Positions 11,852 through 21,971 of a stretch of DNA of 64,000 nt are shown here, piece by piece. The stretch is from Azolla caroliniana (lineage: Eukaryota > Plantae > Polypodiophyta), in contig JBHGNT010000004.1 in the NCBI GenBank assembly GCA_043228905.1, forward strand, positions 19,344,001-19,408,000, in the 5' to 3' direction. The notes beneath the pieces were generated by a model. It was not told the origin of the DNA and did not search any database. It worked only from the letters and a program-made list of their open reading frames with translations. Position 1 is the stretch's first letter, and the number at the start of each line of letters is the position of its first letter. A program made the translations under genes and the position numbers.

Positions 11852-12676
11852 TGTCGTGCCTTTCGGCGCCGGATCGTTGTGTGAGTCGGGTGGGAATCGC
11901 TGAGGTTTTGGACTAGGAGGAAGAAGAATTTGAGACGAATGTAGTTATGAATACATTGTAAGAGAGAGATAAGAAACTCGTGAATCCCACGAGTATAGTG
12001 TATTAATCAATACTTAGATAAGAATATGAATTTAGATTGAAAGAGAGAAATAGATAAAAAACTCGTGAATCCCACAAGCATAGTTTATTAGTTTTATTAA
12101 TATTTAAAACCCTAATAATAAATTAGAATAGATTGGAAGAGAGAGATATTGAAAACTTGTGAATCCCACAAGCATAGTTTATTTTATTAATCATTATTTT
12201 TGAACCCTAATGATTTTTTTATCCACTTTTCTTTTCTCCCCCATTACAATTTACTCCCATCCTTATATAGTGATGGGAGAGGCTTAGCAATCCATGCTTT
12301 TTCTAACTATAGACTTTATGCTTTTTTCTAAACTTTATGCTTTTTCTAATCTCATGCGTTTTTTTATCAGCTATAGTGTTCATGCACGCTAGATGTGCAT
12401 GTGTAGCTTTTTTCTATCATGCGTTTTTCTTCTAACTAAAGCTTTTTCCTTGAAAATATGCGTGAAGTAACCTTTGTATGTGGGAAATCTACTTTTTTAA
12501 TATTTATAATGTGTTAGTATAATGTTAAGGCTTCAACTTATTAACTTGAAGGTACAAGGTTCAAGTCTTGTCCTATGCATGTAATATATATTTTTATATT
12601 TTCTTCTTTTTCTTCATATTTATTCAATTGGTTATTTTCTACGTTTTTCACGTAGTGTACACACTACACTACGACA
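11852..12676 (-). mobile_element. Solo LTR (825 bp), related to element F
   Basis: TGTCGT...ACGACA termini with a 4-bp TSD ACGT. TATA (CTATATAAGG) on the minus strand. Three AAACTCGTGAATCCCAC-type repeats. U5 end resembles 44720-44788. Confidence 0.8.
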
Positions 12677-13442
12677 ACGTGCTCCCCCTATCCCCCTCTT
12701 GCACGATAGCCCCCCTATCCCCCACCTCAGCCAAGTCCAGGTGGCCCTCAGACCATAGGAGCGATTAGTCTCCATCTACCAATTGTTAGCTCGTTTTCCG
12801 TCACTAGCCCTCCAACCCACACATGCTCCTAGTGTCTCTTTCCCGGTACAACATGCCATTCGTACCGGGGAAGCCACTCTCATCCTCATGGCTACCCGTC
12901 AACGTTCCCCTCTTGACCACAATCGCATTGATGCTACTGTCACCGACATGCACGTCAAAGGTATTATCATTCCTTCCACCAACGATTGGGTTTCGGAACC
13001 CCACCTCGTCAAGAAGGATGATGGCACCTTCTGCTTCTACATCCACTTAGGCCTCTCAACAAAGTGACTATCCATTACCTCTACTTGCTGTCAAGACTGA
13101 GAGAGAGAAAGAGAGAGAAAAAGAGATAGAGAGATAATTGAAAGAGAATTATTATATTGAAGCGTAAATTGGATTACAAAGAGTAGGCTACAAAATGGCG
13201 TTGAACCAATTTAAGTTTGGGATGGGTGGTAGATCCCTATTTATAAGTAATAGAGAACTCTCTAGAATATTCTAGGTTATCCTAGAGTGTAGAGTAATCT
13301 AGAAGATCTCTAGAGTATTCTAGAAGGTTCTAGTGGTATAGAACACTCTAGAATATTCTAGGTCATTCTAGAATGTAGAGTAATATAGAATATTCCTATG
13401 ATATTAGATTTCATATTCTAGAGACTATACATATAAGAATAT

Positions 13443-13497
13443 TAATACAATGGTTAAGGATTTGACATGTGTACAACAAGGTCGTGGGTTCAAATCC
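13443..13497 (+). promoter_or_regulatory. tRNA-type A/B-box cassette in the element A LTR (also 18786-18840)
   Basis: TAATACAATGG, 33 nt, then GGTTCAAATCC. Confidence 0.7.
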
Positions 13498-13551
13498 TTT
13501 CGAGTCATAATGTGAGTGTCATGATCCTTTCGATGCATGATGTGATTGTTA

Positions 13552-16500
13552 TCATGACACTATCCCCCTTCTTCGACGACACGTCTCACGGGTCGTAGGG
13601 TTTGTATTAGGACCTGGTTTACAAGGATATTGGCGATGAAATGCATTGACGAGTTCTGCAGCATTGGAAAGATTTGTGGCAGGTTCCCAAGTTCGATCAT
13701 TGGGGGTATAGCCTAACCAATCGACCAAGTAATACAACTTGTTGCGCACGATTTTAGAATCGAGAACGGCAGCAACTTCAAATTCAGGCCCGTCCAAGAA
13801 CTCGATAGGTGGTGGGGGTGTCGTAAGACGGCCCGGAATTGAACTTGTAGTATAAAGTTCCAAAAGGGATACATGAAACACCGGATGAAGATGCATGTGC
13901 GGAGGGAGGTCAAGACGAAATGCAACATCACTTATCTTACCAGTGATCATGTAAGGGCCAAAACGTTGGTAATCCAATTTACTGCAAGGTCGAGTGGTCT
14001 TGATGTTGTGTTGGAGAAGCCATACATGATCCCCAATGCGGAACTTTTTTGAGGAGTCTAGACGATGACGATCGGCAAGCCTCTTGTGTGTAAATTGAGC
14101 ATCGTGCAAATTGTGGAGAATGTTAGCTTGAATTTCTTGGAGGCGACTAAGACGATCCTCGGCAGCAGGGTTGGTAGGAACTTCTGGATGCGCATTCATC
14201 GTCCATCGAGGATGACAGCCCGTATTTGCAAAAAATGGGGAATATCCTGTAGAAGAATGGGCTGAGTTGTTGTAAGCGAATTCCGCCAAGTGCAAAAATG
14301 CAACCCAATCATCTTGTTGATAGTTGATGAAACAACGAAGATATTGTTCCAATGTCTGGTTGGTACGCTCTGTTTGGCCATTTGTTTCAGGATGATAGCC
14401 CGAAGAAAGCTTAACTGAAATGTGGAGAAGTTTGAACAGGTGCTTCCAAAACTTTGAGATGAATTGTGGACCACGATCACTAATAATATCATCTGGCAGA
14501 CCATGATGCTTAAATACCTCCCGCATAACGAGATCAGCCGTCTCTTGACTAGTAATCGACTTTGTACATGGCAAGAAATGTGCCATTTTGGTAAATCGAT
14601 CAACCACTGTGAGAATTGCATCAAAACCTTTTGAAACTGGGAGATCAGTAATGAAGTCCAAGGATATAGACTTCCAAGGTGTTTCCGGAATGGGAAGTGG
14701 TTGTAGTAAGCCATAGGGTCGGTGACGAGGATTCTTTGATCGACAACATATATCACAACTCCGAACATACTCCTCAACAAAATGACGAAGGCGAGGCCAC
14801 CAATAGCGTCGAGAAATTAATTCTAGAGTCTTGTGAACTCCAAAATGGCCAGCCATTGGTGAGTCATGGCAATGTTGCAAAACTTGTAGCCGTGGGGGAC
14901 CATCAGGAACATACAATAAATTTTGTCGAAATAGAAAACCATCATGCCAATAGAACTGACAATAGTCATTACGAGGATTTTTCGACTGTGAGCAAGAAGC
15001 ACGATCCGGGACGATATGATCCAAAACATCCTTGACGAAATCATCAGTGGCCATATGATCTCGAATGGAATCAAGAAGAGTGGAATTTTCAAGTGCTGTT
15101 ATGGCGTTAACTACCATTAATCGTAATCGATTAGGACCCAAAAGGATTTGTTTTTGATGCTCAAAAGCAGGTTCCCCTGGACGAAGTTCCATATAAGAGC
15201 GCCGAGAAAGAGCATCTGCTTTGCCTTGCTGCATCCCAGGGCGATATATGATGATAAAGTCGAAGTGAGTCAAAAATTGCGCCCACCGGGCTTGTCGCCG
15301 ACTCAAGACTCGAGCATTTTGGAAATAAGTCAGGTTCTTATGATCATTGTAGACAATGATCTGCTGAGAAGAACCTTCTAGGAAATGTCGCCATTGTTGA
15401 AACGAATCCACGATTGCAAGAAGCTCTTTGTCATGGATCTCGTAGTTGATCTCTGCAGCTTCAAACTTTTGTGAATGAAAGGCGACAGGGTGTAGTTGTC
15501 CATCATCTCCAGTCTGCGAGAGGACACTCCCTAGTGCAAAATCGGATGCATCGGCTTCGAGGATGAAGCGTTTTGTTGGGTCGACATGTGCTAAGATAGG
15601 TGCCGTTGTAAATGCTCGTTTTAAGCTTTCGAATGCCTCGGATGCATCTGAACTCCATATAAATGGTTGATCTTTATGTGTGAGCTGAGTAAGCGGAAGC
15701 ACAACCTTGGAATAATCTTTAATAAATTTTCGATAAAAATTTGCAAACCCGAGAAAACATTGCACATCACGCACTGAAAGGGGCATTTGCCACTCTAAAA
15801 TTGCCTATACCTTCATGGGGTCCATAGCAATACCATTTGACGATACAACATACCCCAAAAATTCCACTTGATTCTGGCCGAAACTACACTTTTCTAATTT
15901 TGCGTAGAGACCATATTCTCGGAGTCGGCACAGTACTTGACGAACATGTGCATCATGTTCCTCTTGGGTCTTTGAGTAGATTAAAATATCATCTAGGTAA
16001 ACTATAGTGAAGATATCAAGAAAATCTCGAAAAATATCGTTCGCCATATGTTGGAAAACAGCAGGTGCATTCGTGAGACCAAATGGCATCACTGTATACT
16101 CAAAATGTCCATAGCGAGTGCGGAAAGCTGTCTTCCATTCATCCCCCGGGCGAATTCGAACTAGATTATATGCTCCGCGAAGGTCCAACTTCGTGAAATA
16201 TTTTGCACCACTGAGACGTTCCAAAAGATTCGGGATTAATGGTAGAGCATATCTATTTCGGATAGTCACTTTGTTTAGCCCTCGATAATCCACGACCAAC
16301 CGAAGAGTCCCATTCTTCTTCTTAACGAAGAAGATAGGTGCACCAGCAGGGGATCTAGAATGCCGAATGAATCCGTTTGCCAGATTCTCATCAATATATT
16401 CCCGCAAAGTCTCTAGCTCTACAGGGGAGAGATTATAAATTGGGCCCCATGGAGGTTCTTTCCCTGGTTGTAAGTCAATAGGGCAGTCGTATGGCCGATG

Positions 16501-17200
16501 CTCCGGCAATGTATTGGCCTTCACCTTATCAAAGACATCTGAAAACTCCTTGTATATCTCTGGTAGTTTAATATCCGCGTCACGTGAAGTGGATGATGGA
16601 GTTGCTACTATTGCGAAGACGAACATGGCCTCGTTCCCCCCTTCCTCCCGCAACTGTCGTAAAGAGATGGGCGATAACTCCGGGGATCTATTAGCACATG
16701 TAGGAGAGAGGGATGCGGGATTTGTGCTTTTTTCCCGAGTCTCCTCAATTGTTCTTTTCATCCAATCAATCTTCGGGTTATGGAGTTCAAACCAGGGGAG
16801 ACCTAGAACTATTGGGTGGTCCGGACTACGAATAATATTGAAAGAGATTAGGCTTGCCAAATTGCCAAGAACTATCCTAATTGGCTCGGACTCCTCGACT
16901 ATATCTCCTGATGCTATGGGACGTCCATCGATGACTCCTACGACTACTGGGTTGGGAAGCTTATTCAAGAGGATGTTTTGTGACAAGGCAAATTCACGAT
17001 CCATGAAACAAGAGTTGGCTCCAGAATCTAGAAGGGCAGAGGCTAGGACTCGATGACATGTAGATGTGGTAAGCTCGACTTGTGCTGAAAAAACTCGACT
17101 CACTTGATTTGATGAAATGGAACCACGACTAGGAACTAACTCTACATAGCTAGGATGGTCCAGCCAAATGGCTCCTATTTTGGCCGGACTTACTCGTTTA
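13552..17200 (-). pseudogene. pol: Element A Pol (PR-RT-RH-INT-chromodomain) in the -1 frame, with one in-frame TAG at 15805-15807
   Basis: ALLDSGA, YLDDILI, EADASD, H-H-C-C zinc finger, ISDRGPQF, chromodomain FEVAAVLDS..YLVDWLGY..TWEP. ORFs 15805-17103 and 13552-15786 are the same frame across a single stop (PMKV*AILEW). Confidence 0.9.
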
Positions 17201-18314
17201 ACACATCCTCTAATTGACTCAAGACATCGAATCTATTCTCATGACATGGACTATGAGGCTTATTTATGTTATTAGAAGTAGCAATAGAACTCGATGTAGG
17301 GTTTTCATGGGCACTTACTTGGTATACTTGACGCCTAGGTTTATGTGGACAATTTACAGCTATATGTCCTGGACCACCACAATACAGGCAGAGGCGATGC
17401 GCTCGACGTCGTTGCTTCTCAGCATCTGATAACGGCCCACGACGTTGTGTTGACTCTATTTCCATCGGAGTTGGGCCATCCCTTGTAATGGGTCTAGAAA
17501 CTTGTGGAGGCGTTGCGACTACGGAAGCGTAAGTCTGTTCAGGTTGGCGGCGTAACATTTGTTGGCGCTCAGAACGTCGCTCAAATAGGCGATTATCACA
17601 TCGCACAGCTCGACTAATGGCTTCTGTAAGTGACTTCGGATCTTCAGGGAAAGTAAGAAGAAGATCTTTGACATCATTTCTCAAACCTTGACGGAATTGA
17701 TCCATTAAAGCTGCCTCATCCCAAGGGATATCGCATGCCAAGAGACGGAAATCGGCTGCATAAGACGACGCGGGACGATCTCCTTGTCGGAGCCTTCGAA
17801 TCTTGTTTATCGCTGTCCTAGTGCTGTCGGTGTCTCCGAAACTAGCTTGAAACTCTTTAACAAAGGCCTCGAAATCCTCCAGTAATGGTGATTTCTTCTC
17901 GAGAAGTGGTGCGAACCATGCTAACGCCGTACCGCATAGCAAAGTTCCCACTAATCCCACACGAGCAGCATCAGTTGGATACCGATTGGGATGTAGCTGA
18001 ATAACTAAACGAACTTGATTCAAAAAGCCTCGAAATAAAGACCTCGTACCATCAAACTTGGCAGGGAGGCTGATCTTTGGCTCTCTAGGGGAGTTCTGAG
18101 CCCCCGACGCTTGCTCTCGTAATGACAATATAGTCGCCTCAAGTTGATGAACCCGTTGTGATAACTCTTCATATTGTTGGGCTTTTTCGGCGCTCACGTG
18201 CTGTAGATCTCCAAGTAGCCTTTGATTCTCATGCTCTAATGCCACAAATTTATTCGTGAGCATGTCGAGCTCAGAAAGAACACGCATGTATTCTTGTTTG
18301 CTCACGGACTCCAT
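17190..18314 (-). CDS. gag: Element A Gag (PEG10/sushi-like)
   Basis: 374 aa: N-terminal coiled coil, LPAKFDG..FRGFLNQ capsid region, PTPMEI, zinc knuckle CLYCGGPGHIAVNC. Confidence 0.93.
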   Translation of the reverse strand: MESVSKQEYMRVLSELDMLTNKFVALEHENQRLLGDLQHVSAEKAQQYEELSQRVHQLEATILSLREQASGAQNSPREPKISLPAKFDGTRSLFRGFLNQVRLVIQLHPNRYPTDAARVGLVGTLLCGTALAWFAPLLEKKSPLLEDFEAFVKEFQASFGDTDSTRTAINKIRRLRQGDRPASSYAADFRLLACDIPWDEAALMDQFRQGLRNDVKDLLLTFPEDPKSLTEAISRAVRCDNRLFERRSERQQMLRRQPEQTYASVVATPPQVSRPITRDGPTPMEIESTQRRGPLSDAEKQRRRAHRLCLYCGGPGHIAVNCPHKPRRQVYQVSAHENPTSSSIATSNNINKPHSPCHENRFDVLSQLEDVLNE

Positions 18315-19565
18315 AGCTTATGAGGGGAGAGGAGAAGGAAGAAGAGAACTTGTTAGGGTTTGTGGAAGACGAAGAGATGAAAGGAAAAAAATTGGTTCAA
18401 ACTGTCAAGACTGAGAGAGAGAAAGAGAGAGAAAAAGAGATAGAGAGATAATTGAAAGAGAATTATTATATTGAAGCGTAAATTGGATTACAAAGAGTAG
18501 GCTACAAAATGGCGTTGAACCAATTTAAGTTTGGGATGGGTGGTAGATCCCTATTTATAAGTAATAGAGAACTCTCTAGAATATTCTAAGTAATAGGGAT
18601 CTCTCTAGAATATTCTAGGTTATCCTAGAGTGTAGAGTAATCTAGAAGATCTCTAGAGTATTCTAGAAGGTTCTAGTGGTATAGAACACTCTAGAATATT
18701 CTAGGTCATTCTAGAATGTAGAGTAATATAGAATATTCCTATGATATTAGATTTCATATTCTAGAGACTATACATATAAGAATATTAATACAATGGTTAA
18801 GGATTTGACATGTGTACAACAAGGTCGTGGGTTCAAATCCTTTCGAGTCATAATGTGAGTGTCATGATCCTTTCGATGCATGATGTGACTGTTATCATGA
18901 CACTTGCTCCCTCGCGTGGACAACCTCTTGGATTAGCTCGGTGGCTCTTGTTATTTCACCTCCCTTGACTTAGCCTCGGGATATTGGCAGACCCCTCTAA
19001 AGCCTTCTAACGCCCACAAGACCACATTTGGCACACGCCGCGGGCTGTTCTAGTTCACCGGCATGCTGTTTAGCCTGTCTGATGCCGACAACACATTCCA
19101 ACGCATGGAAAACTCCATCTTCACCGCCCTTATCAGCAAAGGTGTCCTCCTCGTTTATCTCGACAACATCCTTATCCACACTACCACTTGGGAGGACTAT
19201 CTACAAACTCTCGCCGAAGTCCTTGCTCACATAACTAAGCATAACTTGCAACTTTAATGGAACAAGTGTCGATGGGGAAGCACTAACTTCCGTTTTCTCG
19301 GCTTCATCATCTCAGGTGAAGGAATCCATATGGACCTTGCAAAGGTAGCTTCCATCACCGACTACCCCCACCCCATCCCAATAAAAACTTTGCAACGTTT
19401 TTTGGGCATGATCACCTTTTCCCTTTGCTTCATCCTGAACCTCGCCTTGGTTACTTTTCCCCTCCACTAACTCTTGAAGAAAGATGTGTCATTCATTTGG
19501 CATCTTGCTTGCAAAGACAACTTTCATCACCTCTAAACCATGGTCAAGGAATCGGGGTTGCTTGC

Positions 19566-20108
19566 TGTTGGGAAACATGTCCTTCCGGATGGGAAGAGAA
19601 CGAACCGAATCGGATGGAGTCAATGAGTATTTCGGTTGAGGCCGAGATCGAAAACCGAAACCGAAAATCAATTATATAACCGACTCAGGGGCTATATTTG
19701 TAAATAGACATAAATATTGTATTTGTATATATACATCTAGGGAAACCATTAGTTTGTAGAGAGATAATCATTATAGTTGTATAGTTGAACAAGGGTAGTG
19801 GCCTCTTTAATAACCAAAAAGAGTGAGAGTGAGAGTAGTAACTCTGCCGCCATCTATTAGACGAAGACGAGCTCGAGGTTGTTGCCTCCGAGTCTACTTG
19901 TACTCCTCTCCTTACACTTAGTGATTCATTTCTTGGGGTTTGCGGACCCTCGTGGTTTTTCCCTTTCGGGTTTTCCACGTAAAATATCTGTGTCTCTGTG
20001 TCTATGTGTTTCTCGTTTTCAGTTTTTCTGTCTATGCGCTTTATCTCGGTCTTCGCACCCGAATATATATACGTGCAAAATCGGTTGTGGCTGGTCATGA
20101 TCCCAACA
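19566..20108 (+). mobile_element. Solo LTR (543 bp), copia-like
   Basis: TGTTGGGA...TCCCAACA termini. Flanks CTTGC/CTCAC both derive from CTCGC by CpG decay. U5 motif GGGTTTTCCACGTAAAA is shared with the copia LTRs at 26332 and 31094. Confidence 0.8.
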
Positions 20109-21742
20109 CTCACCTGTCATGATATGGCAAGACTTGAACCCATGAGCTTATGTTACATAGGTCGAGCTCTTGACTATTATACCATCTATTGTAATACGTA
20201 GGATATTATTTTCATTTAAGTTTTATTATAGGAAATTAATGTATATTCCAAATTTCTCTGAACCATTCTAGAAGCTTCAGGATTACTCCTGAGAACACTA
20301 TAAAAGAAGGCACTAGGCATTATTTTGAACAAAATTGGTTCAACGCCAGTCTTAAGCCTTATAGCCATCTTGTACTTACTCTTCCTATAATATATCATCT
20401 ATTATCATCATCTCTCTCTCTCTCTCGTCCTCACTATCTCTCTCTCTCTCTCTCTCTTCTCTTTTCTTTCCTCCCTCTCGGGAGTCTTACACAGTCCCGT
20501 CCTCTTAGTACTAATAGTACTTCCCTTCTCTAGTACTAATTCTCTCTATGTTTTAGTACTATTCTTGACAGTTTGAACCAATTTTTCCTCTCTAGTCTTT
20601 CTTTTGGTTTCCCTCATCCTCTTATCCTTTTTCTATACAATGGCTTCTGTTAGCGCCCAAGAATACCAATCCGTTGAACCAATTTTGAACAAAATTGGTT
20701 CAACGCCAGTCTTAAGCCTTATAGCCATCTTGTACTTACTCTTCCTATAATATATCATCTATTATCATCATCTCTCTCTCTCTCTCGTCCTCACTATCTC
20801 TCTCTCTCTCTCTCTCTTCTCTTTTCTTTCCTCCCTCTCGGGAGTCTTACACAGTCCCGTCCTCTTAGTACTAATAGTACTTCCCTTCTCTAGTACTAAT
20901 TCTCTCTATGTTTTAGTACTATTCTTGACAGTTTGAACCAATTTTTCCTCTCTAGTCTTTCTTTTGGTTTCCCTCATCCTCTTATCCTTTTTCTATACAA
21001 TGGCTTCTGTTAGCGCCCAAGAATACCAATCCGTTTTCTCCGAACTATAGTGTCTAAAAGAAAAATTTGTTGCCTTGGAACAAGAAAACCAACGGTTGTT
21101 AGGGGATCTTCAACAAATCGCCCTAGAAAAACAACAAACATAGAGACAACATGGGGAGTTGAAACAACAACATGGGGAGTTAGCGTTATGTGTGCAACAA
21201 CTCGAAGCAGCGTTGCAACAACAAGGATCAAGTCCCCACGGATTTCATAAAGAGCCTAAGATTGGACTTCCTGTGAAATTTGATGGAACGTGATCGCAAT
21301 TTAGGGGATTCCTCAATGAGGTACGCTTAATCATTCAAATGCATCCTTCTTGTTACCCCACTGATGCATCCCGAGTTGGCCTAATAGGCACGTTGCTTAG
21401 TGGCTCAACCTTGGCATGGTTTGCTCCACTTCTGGAAAAACAATCGCCCTTACTTAATAACTTTGAAGACTTTATTAGTGAGTTTAAAGCTTGCTTTGGA
21501 GATACAGACAACATCCAGACGGCGATCAACAAAATCCGACGATTGCATCAAGGCGATCGTCCAACCTTTGCCTATGCGGCGAATTTCCGTCTACTCGCTT
21601 CAGATATCCCTGGGATGATCAGGCACTAATGGAGCAGTTTCGCTACGGCCTGCGAAATGATGTCAAAGATCTACTTCTAACCTTCCCTGAAGAACCAAAG
21701 TCTCTTACGGAGGCAATTAGTCGAGCGGTCCGATGTGACAAC

Positions 21743-21971
21743 TGACAGGAACTACACGCTCCCTTTGAACAATGCTCGGCCACAACCGAGCCTAGAATAA
21801 AACACAGAAAACAGGGAATGAAACACAACACGATAGAGAGAAGAGTACACAGGATGTTTACGTGGAAAACCCAAAACTCGGGAAAAAACCACGGCTGCCC
21901 ACAGACCGCAAACTATCACTATGTCAGAATGTACAATAAGAAAGCACCGAGGCCACGACCTCGAGTTTGCT
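21743..21971 (-). mobile_element. Fragment of a copia-like LTR replacing the gag end, protease and RT start of element B
   Basis: Starts with TG directly after gag ...RCDN and contains GATGTTTACGTGGAAAACCC..AAAACCACGG..ACTATCACTAT..GAATGTACAAT, as in the LTR at 26332. B resumes at [10 protein letters not shown]. Confidence 0.7.

Larger units (their letters stand above)
13089..18902 (-). mobile_element. Element A: young full-length Tcn1/sushi-like chromovirus (Ty3/gypsy)
   Basis: TSD CTTGC. LTRs 13089-13559 and 18403-18902 differ by one 29-bp indel and one visible substitution. PPT GAAGAAGGGGGATAG. Gag-PR-RT-RH-INT-chromodomain order. Confidence 0.96.

Noticed and set aside
15805-15807. Programmed readthrough at the TAG in element A pol
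   Set aside because: D and E have sense codons at this position; a simple CAG>TAG mutation explains it.
17190-18314. Domesticated PEG10-like host gene
   Set aside because: It lies between near-identical LTRs with a TSD, so it is a recent transposon copy.
20115-20190. Calling the LTR cassettes functional tRNA genes or SINEs
   Set aside because: No canonical acceptor stem or 7-nt anticodon loop, and no tail or TSD; reported as promoter-like cassettes only.
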